NCBI GenBank assembly: GCA_030390025.1
Contig: CM059431.1
Coordinates: 110,734,001 to 110,798,000 of the forward strand
Length of the DNA stretch: 64,000 bases
DNA from: Squalus acanthias
Taxonomy: Eukaryota
Direction: 5' to 3'
Shown: piece by piece, positions 1-12,621 of the stretch
Layout of the letters: each line of letters opens with the position of its first letter
How positions within the stretch are numbered: the first letter of the stretch is position 1
The notes under the pieces: model-generated
Told to the model about the DNA's origin: nothing
What the model saw: the letters and a program-made list of their open reading frames with translations, nothing else
The model's database searches: none
Made by a program: the position numbers and the translations under genes

Positions 1-123
1 CTTCCTGGGACGTTGGCACGGAGGCGGGTTGGGGGCGGGTTGGGCACCCGCCCCCAGATTCTGCCATTTTCCCCGCAGTCCCGCCTCCATACCCACCTCC
101 CCAGGGCTGGCAAGAGCGCGCCC
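1..123. mobile_element. Right end of a Harbinger-type MITE cut by the window edge (same family as 52362-53200)
   Basis: Near-identical to about 53080-53200 (tggcacggaggcgggttgggggcgggttgggcacccgccccca...gggctggcaaga). Confidence 0.75.
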
Positions 124-188
124 AATGTTTCCATTTTCATCTGCTTTTGGTGATCTTTGATGCACAAAACTTATCCAATGTAGTCTAA

Positions 189-851
189 GGGCTGGATTTT
201 CATTGACCCTGTGGAGGTGGGTATTGGAGGCGTGTGGGGGGTTAAAATTGCGAAAACTGGCGGGCGGGCACAAGCCCACCTCCATCACGCCTCCACGCAA
301 TTTTCATTAAATCGTGTCTGCTAGTCCCGACTCCGTCCCACCTCTAAGAGGCGGGATAGTCTGTTAAGGCCCTTAACAAGCACTAAATTGCCTCTATAAT
401 GCCATTTTAAAAGGCCTTTGTGATTTTAACCCTTTTTCTACGTGAAGCACGCCTGTTCTGAACCACGAATGTGAAACCTAGCGGGAGCACATTTGGCTGG
501 CTGGCAAGTATATCTGGGAGTGGTGGTGGATGGGAGACATATCTGGGAGTGGTGGTGCAAAAATATCTGGGAGCAGACTTAGGGCTGCTGCTGCTCATTT
601 TGCATCCAGGTCCTCTCACAGCAAAGGCCAGGCAGTCTTTGCAGACCTTCAATGCAGCAGCAATGATGACATCATCAGAGGTGACTTTCAGACTGAAAAC
701 ACTAATTGGTTCATGGGTTCCCACATGCTGGAACTCAATTGCCTAATTAGGTGAAAATCGCATCAATCTCCCACATCCAATTGGAGTCGGGTGGATAACA
801 CGAAAAGTGGATGACACGACCCCAACCCGCCCCAGTATCAAAATCCAGCCC
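189..851. mobile_element. Non-autonomous PIF/Harbinger element (MITE)
   Basis: Perfect 12-bp TIR GGGCTGGATTTT/AAAATCCAGCCC. TSD TAA at 186-188 and 852-854. Confidence 0.85.
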
Positions 852-1329
852 TAAGTCTTAAATTAAACACAGAGCAACAGAAGTGGTATACAAGGTTGCA
901 TATCAACTGGGAACTGCGATGTAACGTAAATCACTGGAGCAAAGCTCAAGTGGCTCAGCTGAGCTAAGCTATTGTCAGAGCAAAGTTATTAAAGGTGTTG
1001 AGTAAACTGGAGTTGAAGTTTACAGGGAAGAGCAGGGATCAAGCAATGCAGCCAGGCTTACAAAATCTACCACATTCCATTCAAGTCTCATATTATAAGA
1101 TTGCATTCTCTTTCCCCCCAGGTTCTGATATCCCACACGTGGAATATGAAAATCATTCCTAGCATTTCTCTTGCTTTCTCTCTCTAGAGCAGAAGAGAAA
1201 ACAAGAAAGAAAGTACTTACATAGCGCTTTATCCCGTCTTCAAGATGACGCAAAAGCACTCTGCTCCAATTATTTACTTTTGAAGTACAATCATTGTTGT
1301 CATGTAGGAAATATGGCAGCCAATGAGGT

Positions 1330-1705
1330 GTCAGCCGTGGCTCAGTGCCACACCAGATACTTGAGCACATAATCCAGGCTGACACTTCAGTGCAGTACTG
1401 AGGGAGTGTTGTTCAGTTGAGACGTTAAACCGAGGCCCCTTCTGTCCTCTCAGGCTGGACGTAAAAGATTCCTTGACACTATTCGAAGAAGAGCAGTGAG
1501 CTGTCCTGGCTAATATTTATCTCTCAACCAAGATCACGAAAAACAGGTGATCTGGTCATGTCTATCATTTAAGGGGCCTTGCTATCTGTCAATTGGTCGC
1601 CGCACTTCCCTACATTACAATGGTGACTACACTTTAAAAATACTTCATTGACATTTGGAATGACCTGAGGCCATGAAAGGTGCCCAATAAATGCAAGTCC
1701 TTTCC
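1330..1705 (+). mobile_element. Deu-domain tRNA-SINE (SacSINE1-like), diverged and internally deleted
   Basis: Head gtcagccgtggctcagtg, core gacgttaaaccgaggcccc...gtaaaagat, tail taaatgcaagtc, all matching the other copies. Confidence 0.8.
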
Positions 1706-3339
1706 TTTCCAATTTTAACATCTTAAGGACAACCTATAGCTCATCACAACCAATGAATGACTTCTGAACTACAGTCGCTGTTGTTATGTAAGCAAACATG
1801 GCAGAAAATTTGAGCAGACCAAATTCCAAACTTATACTAGGCCCCACGGCGGCCAGGGAAGTGGGAACTCTCAGTGTAGAAAGTCCCCACATCCAGTCAC
1901 ATCTCTTCTGAGCTGGGGGGACTAAATTTGGTTCCGCCACAAAACAAGGCTCGTCTGGAAACTTCTGATGAAGACCAATACCGGGCATATTTTCAGCAAC
2001 TTCTACTGAACTTCCAGTGAGGTTACAACATGGGTTAATGGAAGGCCCACGCATTTTTGGAGCCTATATGCTAAAGGGCTGGAGTGTTTGAACCCATAAT
2101 CTTCTTGTTGAGAGGCAGGAGTGCACAATGACAAGTACTTTCCTTTCCTTTCCAATTTTAGCATCTTAAGGACAACCTAAAGCTCATTACAACCAATGAA
2201 TTACTTCTGAACTACAGTCGCTGTTGTTATGTAAAGAGGCCTGAAAGATTTAACTAAAGGCTTTCACTATTGCTATTGATGGTGGGATTGCCCCCACCCC
2301 CTTCTGATTTCCTTTCCAGAATGAGAAAGCAAGAGAAAATAGGCACAAATCCTACGGCCAGGAGGGTTGCGAGAAAGGAAAAAACAAGCTGAGAAAAGTA
2401 AGAAAAAAAATAGGGTAAAAGGAGACTGGCCATTTCTTGCAGCTCGTGTGATGGATACAGCGTTCCACTTTTAACCATGTTTACATCTTTGGTATGAGTT
2501 GAATTCTTGAGTAGATGTCTCATACCTGGGATTTGCCCAATGCCTACAGCTCTCACTGCAGCAGATCCATTTTCCACCCAGAGTTCACAGTTTTTGCTTA
2601 CACTATTGATTGTTTGATATAAGGCACTCGTTTGGGCAACGAAAAGCTGAACATTACAAGTGTGCAGGGTGGCTGTTTGCCTAGTGACTCTGACTTTGAA
2701 CTGCTAAATGTCATTTTGCAGACTTTCATGTGTTCCCCCCCATGTTAGATCAGTACAGACATAGTTCTAAACTTAACACGCTGATCTTGGGGAATCCTGC
2801 AACCTGAAAAGCTATTGCTGTCATCATTGTATTTTGTAGTTTAAGTGACTTGGGGAAACTTAATAAAGTCCCTACATGCATCTATTAATAAAAGCCCTCC
2901 TGTTGTAATAATAAAATGTTCATATGAGTTACAATTCCCTAGAACATTGATCTGTGGAAATAGATACCATATTAGTCTTTTTAGTGCAAATTTACAGCAT
3001 AGTACACAATACCAACCTTTTTTTTGTTAGAAGAACTAGAACAATCTCTTTCGAGGAGTAAACAAAGATGGGAAAGTGCACAAATTGTTATACAGAGTGA
3101 ATAAATGGAAGAGGATCTTCTCATTGCCAGACAGATGTAGGGCATGAAGTGGGTTTATGATACTGAGCAGGCACAGAAAATAAATGTCACTGGCAAGCAC
3201 AGATTAAAAGGAAATTCAAAAATCAATTACGATAGACGACAACGACTTACATGCAAATAGTGCCTTTAGCGTAGTGACCATTCAAAGACGGAGTACAGAA
3301 GAAAAACAGACACCTAGCACAAGAATAGATAGGAGAGAT

Positions 3340-3797
3340 AGAAAGACTTGCATTTCTATAGCGCCTTTCACAACCACCGGATGTCCCAAAGCACTTTACA
3401 GCCAATGAAAGTACTTCTGAAGTGTAGTCACTGCTGTAATGTAGGAAACGCAGCAGCCAATTTGCGCACAGCAAGCTCCCACAAACAGCAATGTGATAAT
3501 AACCAGATAATCTGTTTTTAGATGTTGATGGAGGGATAAATATTGACTAGGACACCAGGGATTAGCTCCCTGCTCTTCTTCGAAATGGTGACCTTTCACG
3601 GCCACCTGAGAGAGCAGACAGGGGCCTCGGTTTAACATCTCATCCGAAAGACAGCACCTCCAACAGTGCAGCACTCCCTCAGCACTGCACTGGAGTGTCA
3701 GCCTAGATTTCTATGCTCAAGTCTCTGGAGTGGGACTTGAACCCAAAACCATCTGACTCAGAGGCGAGAGTGCTGCCCACTGAGCCACAGCTGACAC
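3340..3797 (-). mobile_element. Deu-domain tRNA-SINE (SacSINE1-like), full length
   Basis: Reverse complement of the 10218-10683 copy, from head to tail. Confidence 0.9.
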
Positions 3798-3809
3798 TTT
3801 ACATAACAG

Positions 3810-4400
3810 AACAGATAGTTTTTGAGGGGACTTTTAAAGATGGGGAGAGAAGCAGCAAAGTGGAAGGGTTTAGGAAGGAGTTTCCAAAAAGTATTTCAAT
3901 ACGTTGGTGGACAGGGTCCAATGAACGTCAACAAGGATAAGACTGATGGGCGGGCAGGACTTAGTACTGCACAGGATTAGGCAGCAGCGCTCTAGAGAGT
4001 TTTGTGTGCTATAGAATGGAGATCAGTGAGGAAGGCATTGGAGAGGTTGAGTATGGAGTTAACAAAAATGTGGATAAAGGTTTCAGCAGCTGTGTGGCTG
4101 AGGTAAGGGCAGAGATAGAAATAAGCGGTCTTGGTGATGGATGTGATCTGGGCTTTGAAGTTCAGCTCAGGGTCAAACAGAACACTGAAGTTTTACAACA
4201 TCTGGTTAAGCTAAGCGAGTAGCCAGGGAGAGGAAGATGGAGATGGGGGCAAGGGCACGGAGCATTTGGCAGAAGTCGAACAAGATTGGCTTTGGTCTTC
4301 CCAATCTTCAGTTGGAGGAAGTTTAGGTTCATCTGTAACTTGACAAGCAGTCTGACAAAAAAGAGCTGGCTGTGGAGTGGGGAGTGGTAGAGGAGAAGTA
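3810..4400 (-). mobile_element. Old degraded L2 LINE fragment(s)
   Basis: Patchy similarity to the L2 3' region (ttttaaagatggggagaga...ggtttaggaaggagtttcc; ttggtcttcccaatcttcagttggaggaa). Confidence 0.5.
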
Positions 4401-6064
4401 CAACAGGATGTCACAAGCATACATTAGAAATCTTGCAAAGGATAACAGTGCTGAGGGGCAACATGTGTACAAAGTAAGGAAGGGACCAAAATCATTTGCA
4501 GGAATGGGAGGAGCAACCATAGCTGGAGATGTGCGAGCTTTAGACATCCAAGAAAAGGTACAGCAGGCTAGAATCTTAATACTAACTGATTTTAGAAGTG
4601 GAAACAATTATTTTCAGCCATGAAGATGTTGCTCAGACAGTATTAAAGTGACGCGTTACTAAAAGTAAATAAACACATTCATCAGAAATTGACCTCACCT
4701 ATTCCACTTACATCCTAACAAATGTGAAGGATTTAATAACTGTTGCTGTGTGGGCATAAATCTTGTAATAAATATCCCTCAGAATTCAAATGGCACTATA
4801 TTTAGAGAGTGGAGTGGCAGCTACCACTGCATGTTGATTTTTAGGCCTCATTACTTTATCTGCCTCTGCCTGGTTTCACCTATTGTGAACAGAATGATTG
4901 ATCAGCAGCTAGTAGGCTTACAAATGAGCAGTTTTGAGAGTTTTCTGGTCCATCTGAACAGTGGAAACAAAGCATCACCTGGGCCATCTCGTTGTGAATT
5001 GAAATCTTAGGCAGTTTGGGATTTCAAATTGGATGGACTGCAATGTTATCATGTGGTCATGTTATTTAGGCCTTCTAAACATGCAGATTTTGAATAAAAT
5101 GTACTTAAGAGCATATCTTAGTTTTCCTACTCCACATCTGAGCTGAACTTTTGCTTCACTGAGCTTATGAAATCTAACACCTAACAACCACAGAAAATGG
5201 TGTCAGACACTGTGGCGAACTGGAATCTTCTGAGGTTTAGTCATAGACATGCAGCATATCTTTCTGTCCAACGTGTTATTCCGTGCGCAAGCTAAAGCTG
5301 TTGTTCTCACGAATTTCCTAGGTGCAAGACAGAACTAGGGACACACTGGTGTCTCACATGGCGGTAGACAGTGAGTGCATCATGATGTTTTTAACAGGAT
5401 TACTTTTGAATGGTTTAGACAGTGTAAGATGAAGAATGCACTGTTTGAACTTTTCCAAAGAGCATGATTGAAAAGACCTGTCTGTCACAGTGTTGAATAG
5501 GGCTGTCACTATTGTTAACAATTTGGGTTGTCTAAGCTGTTACCATAATCATTTATCTCCCCACCCTCCCCAATGGGATAGTTTCCCTTTTAACACACTT
5601 GAGTATCTTTCACTGTTCCCCCACCCTCACCATTTGTCCTCATTTTTCACATAGGCAGAACTCCATGCAGCTTTCAGCCTGGTGGATGGGGTGGGGGAGG
5701 GGGGTGGTGGGGCATTCTTCAGGTTTTCACAACTGATGGACCATGATTTGCCAACAATGGGGAAGGTATTGGAGACTGAGTAATTGATGAATATTGACAG
5801 GTCCATAGCACTGACCTCAAACCTCTGGCCTCTGAGCTGTAAAGCGAGAGCTCTGACCACAGTTGGAAAAACAAGGTATAGCGTGACATCAGTCCCAAAA
5901 TTAAAGTTCTTTTCTAACGGGTACCACAACCTGATAAATTGATTATCTGTGCAGCAGCTTTTGCCAGAAGACATCACCATCCAATATGATAAGAAACTAC
6001 GAGTGATTTGGTGAGTCTATCAATCAGGGCTTCCATCTCTTCCACATTGACCATGGTATTGATG

Positions 6065-6445
6065 TATTGCCTTGAGCTTAGGAGGTTAAGGGGTGATCTA
6101 ATTGAGGTCTTTAAAACGATAAAGGGATTCGATAAGGTAGATACAGAGAAGCTATTCCCTCTGGTTGGGGGAATCCAGAATAAGGGAACATAATCTTAAA
6201 ATTAGAGCTAGGCCATTCAGGGGTGAAACCAGAAAGCACCTTTTCACACAAATGGTAGTGGAATTCTGGAACTCTCTCCCTCACATGGCTCTGGACGCTG
6301 AGTCAATTGACATTTTCAAGACTCAGATCAATAGATTTTTGTCATGGGTTATGGAGCAAAGGTGGGTAAATGTTGAGGTACATAGCAGCCATGATGGGAA
6401 CAGGCTCAAGGGGCTGAACGACCCACTCCTATTCCTTTGTTCCTA
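6065..6445 (+). mobile_element. CR1 LINE 3' end
   Basis: Peptides LELRRLRGDLIEVFK, HNLKIRARPFR and VEFWNSLP (CR1 ORF2 C-terminus), followed by a CR1-type 3' UTR. Confidence 0.9.
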
Positions 6446-7289
6446 TCCCAGAACCATTCTGTACTGCTGAAATCAGCATCTCCATTCAGTGAGTATAATA
6501 AATCTATAGCATGGCTTTTTGGTACAATGATATCAAATTTGCTTTGTAATCAGAATGCTGCACTAATCCAGTGGAACAATTTGAAATGCATTTCTGAACC
6601 ATACCCTAGTCAGCATTCCGAAAAATCTATATCTTATTTAAAATCTTATCTCTATGAGCATTTCCTGTCTAACAAATCTTATTTCCTGTTGTCACTCTTT
6701 CTGTTGCACAACAAACGCTGGCTTAATTGCAATATGGAAATGAGGGTCCCGTGCCCGAGTCAGGACCCTTTTGTGAATTTGGTGTCTGGGAACACCTGAT
6801 TCGTCAGTTCCTAACCCTGCCCAGCAAAACATGACGCTAACAATCGGGAAGCAGGTTGCAGCAGTGATAGTTAAAGGGATTCTCACCAACATTAAAGTAA
6901 GTCTCTGGTTAGTCTTTAGAGCCTGTTGCTGTGCTTTGGGGCCAGTTTTGTAGCTGTTTTGGCTGTTGCTTCCCTATTCACCAGCTTTGAAGAGTGAATT
7001 TTGGGAGGTGCTGGTGTCCTTTTCCTGTGGAGGATCCCACTCTCATGGGCTACGTCTCAGCGTTCTCACGGCTCTGCATGAAAACAGAGTTCAGAAGTGA
7101 TCGGGCGCTCTAGAAGCCTCCACCCACACTCTCCTTCAAGCTTTGAAAGCCTGAGGAGTGGCTGGGCCCCATAGCAAGATGGCAGCAGTCTGAGCTTCCA
7201 TCAGAGCTGTCATCACTGTGGAGCCCCCAGCAGTATTAATAGAGCTGACCACTCGCTCCATGGCAGACTCATAGACCAGCCACAAGTTG

Positions 7290-7712
7290 GAGCTGGACTC
7301 CTCCATGCTCTTATCTCCGACCTCCAATGGCTCCCCATCCTTCAATGCATCAAACTCAATGTCCTCATCTACAAATCCCTGCTTGACGTTGCCCCACCCT
7401 ACCTTTTCAATGTCTTTCAATCTTCTGTTCAGTGCCATGCTCCTCAGTTCTCCAACTCTAGCCTTCTGTGCATTGCCTCCTCATCCCATTCCACCAGAAT
7501 GGCAGAGCCTTCAACCATCAGCCTTCACTCTCTGGAACTTCATCTCAAAACTACTCTGCTTTATTTTAATCTCACTCGCTACCTCCAAAATTCCTCTTAA
7601 AACCTATCAGTTTGATCACCTCTCCAAACTCTCATGATACTGCTCAGCATCAATCTTCTCCGATGTGTAGTTCCTTGGGACATTTTCTACACTTAAAGTC
7701 AGTGTTGTTGTT
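7290..7712 (+). mobile_element. L2 LINE 3' end, diverged
   Basis: Similar to 62400-62849 (ctctggaacttc...cctcttaaaaccta...tttgatcacc). Ends in a (gtt)n tail. Confidence 0.65.
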
Positions 7713-8289
7713 TGAACCCTATTAACAGGATGACTAGATTCTTGCTGAAGAAAGAATAAGCCTCCATGTCAGGATCTGTGTGAACCAAACCATCTACCTC
7801 TGGCTGTATTGTATCCCTTATGATTAGTGTGCTTAAAATAAAATTGGGTCCTCCAATGTCATTGCTTTACACGCACAGGCCCAACTTTAAGGATCTAATG
7901 CAAGACTATGTTGTCATGCAACATGCTGGATCGCCCTCAGATTGTAACATAGGGAAGTAGCAATCTAAATAACTTGAGTGGGTGGGTGGGGGTGGGGGGG
8001 GGGGAAGGAAAGAGACTTCATTTCACTCCAAAAAGTGCAACCAACTACAAGATAGCGTATGCATTTATTATATTTAAAGGAGTATATTAGTGTCTTGTTG
8101 GGGAGGATTAGGACAAGAAACAATTATGACAACAGTTTAGAAATGCATTGGTATATGACACAAGCCCTTTGTCTCCATCAAAGCTTTCAGAAGGCTGACT
8201 CCTCCACATTATTCCGATAGATCACTACCCTTCCCAACCTGTTCTTTCACAGTTACCAACATATATTCTGAGGATTAAAAGTAGGCAAG

Positions 8290-8512
8290 AAATAGGGCCA
8301 TGGGATCTTTTACATCCACCTGAGAGAGCAGACGGGGCCTCGGTTTAACATCTCATCTGAAAGATGGCACCTCCGACAGTGCAGCACTCCCTCAGCACTG
8401 CACTGGAGTGTCAACCTAGATTTATTATGCTCAAGTCCCGGGAGTTGGGACTTGAACCCACAACCTTCTTGACTCAGAAGCGAGAGTGCTACGCACTGAG
8501 ACACGGCTGACA
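8290..8512 (-). mobile_element. Deu-domain SINE, 5' half
   Basis: Head plus Deu core of the same family. Confidence 0.85.
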
Positions 8513-9220
8513 GGTGCACTGTTATTCATGTAGGACGTTGTTGGAGGGATGGACATTTCCACTCCTCAGTATAGGGCGTTGAACTTTGCTAGATGTGAGT
8601 GTAGGTCAGTAGGTCAGAGAATCAGCGCTATTGTGTTGTGGGATGTCTCCAACCCACACTCGCATCCAGTAAGGCTCCACATGGAGTGAAACTTCATAAT
8701 TTGGGTCCTTATGTATCGTAAAATCATTATTTATAGATAGGTTTCCAATTTTGGTATACATTGCACACAGAGTAAATTCTTCCAGCATCATTTTCACAGT
8801 AATATTTCTGAACTGTTTGAAAGGTGTGATCTACGGTGACAATTACGGCCACCATTTCAAATAGCTCTCTATTTGTTTCAGGATTGCACGTGGTAATTTC
8901 TCTTGTCCCCAATAGACATTTTGAAAAACAGTGCTGCTTTAAGCCGAGGGTAATATTTGCAGGTTCAATATGGGGTTTAGTTTCTGCTTTGGGTTCAATC
9001 AACGATCCGAGTGCAAATTGCGCCCATAGTTGCCCTCGTTTTGAGATGTGGGCCTAGAAATTCGATAAGGCTCGAAAACGGGCGGTGCCACCGCGGTGCA
9101 AGATTTGCTCGCGCCGGTAAAAAGGTCACAGGTAGCTCTGTTATTTTGGTGCTGCCTGCTGCTTAGCATTATTGTGGCGTGCAGCCCAGCGCTGAACGAC
9201 TGAACACCCAGCAAGGACTC

Positions 9221-9525
9221 TGGGGGAGGGCCTGGAGGGCGGGGCCTGGATCGGGGCGGGGAGGGCGGGGCCTGGATGAGGGGGGGAGGGTGGGGCCAGG
9301 ATCGGGGGGGAGGGGGCAGGGCCAGGATGAGGGGGAGGGCGGGGCCTGGGTGAGGGGGGGAGGGTGGAGGGCGGGGCCTGGATGAGGGGGAGGGCGGGGC
9401 CAGGGGGAGGGGGGAGGGGGGTCCATGATGAGGGGGGGGAGGGCGGGGCCAGGATGAGTGGGGGAGGGCAGGGCCTGGATCAGGGGGGGGGGGTCAGGAT
9501 CGGGGGAGGAGGGTGGGGCCAGGAG
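9221..9525 (+). repeat. G-rich minisatellite (about 23-24 bp unit, GGGGGAGGGCGGGGCCTGGATGA-like)
   Basis: About a dozen imperfect tandem units are directly visible. Confidence 0.9.
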
Positions 9526-10217
9526 GTCAAAGTCGGTGTTGAGGTCAGGGATGATAATGGTAAGTACTTACCTTTTTTAATTAGCCGCTGTTTATTGTTT
9601 GTTTTCCCGGATTCAGTCAGCGCTGGCACTGGCGCTGGTGCTGGCTGCCTCGGATGGAAGCCAAATTTGTAAGAGGTAGCAGAAGCAGTCATTAGGCCCC
9701 TTATTTGAATATGTTAATGGCCTAATGCCTGCTTCAGATGGAGGTAAACGATGCCTCTTTTTTGCCCTCACCAATATGGCGCCCGGCGCAGCCTGTGCTG
9801 TACGTGGGTGGAAGTGAGGCGGAGGCCAGTTTTTCCACAAAACCAGCTTTAACAGCCGGCGCTAAGGTGCTAAATTTCTCGCCCGTGTTTTTTTCCCTCG
9901 AGTTTCCGCTCAAATGTATTTGCATATCACCGAACATAAAATCTGCCATGAACCAACGCAATCAGGCAGCGTTTCAGAATGTAATTTAAAAAAAATATTT
10001 GCTTTAAAAATATTCCATGATATATTTAAGAGCGGTAACCTGGTGCAGTTTTATTAATACAGCTGAGAATGGGTTTATCACAAAAAATAAGCATTTTTAA
10101 TCAGAGTGTCTAGTCCACCACCTGTGAGTAACCTGATTTTAAATAACTGAAAATGACTTTAAAAAAACTATACAGAACCATTTAGCAGTTATATTGGTGT
10201 ACAGTTTCTTAGTACAG

Positions 10218-10683
10218 TGTCAGCTCTGGCTCAGTGGGTAGCACCCTCGCCTCTGAGTCCAAAGGTTGTGGGTTCAAGTCCCACTCCAAGAGACTTGAGC
10301 ACAAAAATCTAGGCTGACGCTCCAGTGCAGTGCTGAGGGAGTGCTGCACTGTCGGAGGTGCCGTCTTTCGGATGAAACGTAAAACCAAGGCTCTGTCTGC
10401 TCTCTCAGGTTGGACGTTAAAGATCCCGTTGCACTATTTCAAAGAAGAGCAGGGGACTTATCCCCAGTGTCCTGGCCAATATTTATCCCTCAACCAACAT
10501 CACTAAAAACAGATCACCTGGTCATTATCACATGGCTGTTTGTGGGAGCTTGCTGTGCGCAAATTGGCTGCCGCATTTTCTACATTACAACAGTGACTAT
10601 GCTTCAATAAGTGCTTCATCAGTTATAAAGCGCTTTGGGACGTCCGGTGGTCGTGAAAGGCACTATCTAAATGCAAGTCTTTT
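10218..10683 (+). mobile_element. Deu-domain tRNA-SINE (SacSINE1-like), full length
   Basis: Pol III A box TGGCTCAGTGG (10227-10237), B box GGTTCAAGTCC (10271-10281), Deu-like core GGTGCCGTCTTTCGGATGA...AAAGATCCC...GTGTCCTGGCCAA, and an L2-type tail. Confidence 0.92.
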
Positions 10684-11436
10684 AAAAAAATATATTCAAA
10701 TGCTTTTAAAACATACCTGTTATTGCCCTTGCGCCCAAAAGAACCAGCTTAATTTTTTAGAGGCTCCTCGAAGGCCTGCAAACGGGCACAATTAGCGGAA
10801 ACTCCCGATGGTGATTTATTCAATCTGGGGGCGTGGCCAGTTTTGTGGGCGGGGCCTGCATCTAGCGTAATGTTTTTTAAAGATTGCGGAAATTCGACTT
10901 GCACTGGGCGTAATTCACACATGAAATTGTGTGTCCTTTTGTGCTGGTTTGGTCGATTTCGGGTGAATTGTGCTGAAAAAAACAGCGCACCCTAGTGGAA
11001 ACTCCAGGCCACTGAATTATAACCTGTTTCATACAAATGAAGAAAAGTGGAGTTGAAGCTTATTGTTTGACAAACATTGTTGAGGGTTATTTTTATTATG
11101 AATAGGATAAACTGAAGAGTGCTGGTCCTAAAAATTGAAAATTGAATTAAAATGTCACTGGAAGGCAATTATGTCATTACGGTCACCTTGAAAAGCACAG
11201 CTGAGCTGAAGTTTTTTCAAGTTCCATTATTGTCTCTCTTTTGTCACTCTCCCACCCTTCTCCTCTTTTCTTTCCATCGCGTTTCCCTTTTTCTTTTTCT
11301 TCTATCTCCAACTTTCTCCTTCGCTGCTTAATCTCCCTCGCTCGCAAACCATTAGTTGTGACTGATAGTTCTGTCTTTTCAATCCAATCCCGATGGGTGG
11401 CCATGAGGCAAGATCGTGGTGGATGGAAAAGTAATT

Positions 11437-12145
11437 GGCCCTGAACTTGCGGTTGGTATGACGGCGTACTCTGAGAGTACGCCGTCATACCGCCTTTGAA
11501 ATTGACCACAATTTCTGCATGCGATGTGTCAAGTTCCGAATAGACAGACGATCCACTGCGACTTTCAAGTCCTCATTGAAATGATGTGCTAATTGCCCAC
11601 CTACTGCGCATCAATTAAGCTGGAAAATTTTACGGATGTGCAAACAGGCGCAGGAGCCTGTTTGCACAGCATATGGGGGAATGAAAAAATTGTATAATAA
11701 TTAAAAACGAACACGTAAAAGAACCTACCAGGCAACTGTAAAGGCTCGGTTTGAGGGATGAGATTACTTTAATTTTTTTTTATCCTGCAGAGTCTTCCAG
11801 TAAATAACTGCACTTACTCCAAAGTATTCCCTGTGCTTTTTAAAGCCAAGTACTGTACTTGTCAAATAAATACAATTAGTATCACACCGTTTAATTTACA
11901 AGTTCTTTCATGTCGAGTTGAAATGTTTCCTGATTGGCTAGTGAAAGGAGCACCGCCCCACGTGATTCCAGGTACACTTACGCACAAAGGAGCGCCCCCG
12001 GGATCCGTGGGCCACTACACCGCGCACAACTCCGCAGTGTTTCAAAGCAACTTCTCGAAGCGGGGTTCGCAGCAGGTAAGTGCGGATTCCGTTCGGAGGT
12101 CTGCGGCTACTCCTTAGCTATACCACCGACCGCAAATTCAGGGCC
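11437..12145. mobile_element. Harbinger-type MITE
   Basis: 21-bp TIR ggccctgaacttgcggttggt / accgaccgcaaattcagggcc with 2 mismatches. Flanks are ATT and AAT. Confidence 0.8.
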
Positions 12146-12621
12146 AATAATTTAATGCCATCTCCAAGGCTGTCAAACCAATCGCCCACCGTCACCCCCA
12201 CCCCCCCCCCAACCCCAAGCGAATGTGATAATCACCTGCAAGGAATGCAAGATAAGAAAATTCAAATGTGCTTTACAAAGTGATACCTAACCAGTAATAT
12301 TCTTGAGCCTAAAATGTTATAATATGTATGCATATAGAGATTACACTTGTTATTTAGGACTGAAATAAACACGGTACTCTGCAGTTCCTTACCAAGTATC
12401 ATTTTTATTTAATATGATTAATTGCAGGGATGAAGAAAAATTTCTCATCATAAACAAAATAGGATGAGCTTGAGTGAGATTCCAGCTGTTACCAGATGTG
12501 AAAAATGTTAAATGTTTTGAAAATTAGAAATTGACTAGATGTGTGAAATTAAAATATGCCTTTAGCACTTCCGATTGTCCAGTACTTACAGTTTAAAAAA
12601 CTATATTTTTGTCCTTATATT

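Larger units (their letters stand above)
9051..11010. mobile_element. Composite Harbinger-type non-autonomous element containing a G-rich minisatellite and a nested SINE
   Basis: Ends GGCCTAGAAATTC / GGAAACTCCAGGCC (imperfect TIR, no clean TSD). About 9900-11010 is the reverse-complement homologue of 51579-52301. Confidence 0.7.

Noticed and set aside
9169..9692. Pro/Gly-rich ORFs (also those at 45184-45769)
   Set aside because: Low-complexity repeats inside MITEs, with no domain signal.
10218..10290. tRNA gene
   Set aside because: The A and B boxes belong to a SINE head continuous with the SINE body, and no full cloverleaf is evident.
10410..10610. Recurrent MDVKDP...ELSPVSWPIFIPQ peptide (also at 13003, 13904, 18426, 24444) suggesting a gene family
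   Set aside because: Translation of the Deu-SINE core, not a protein family.
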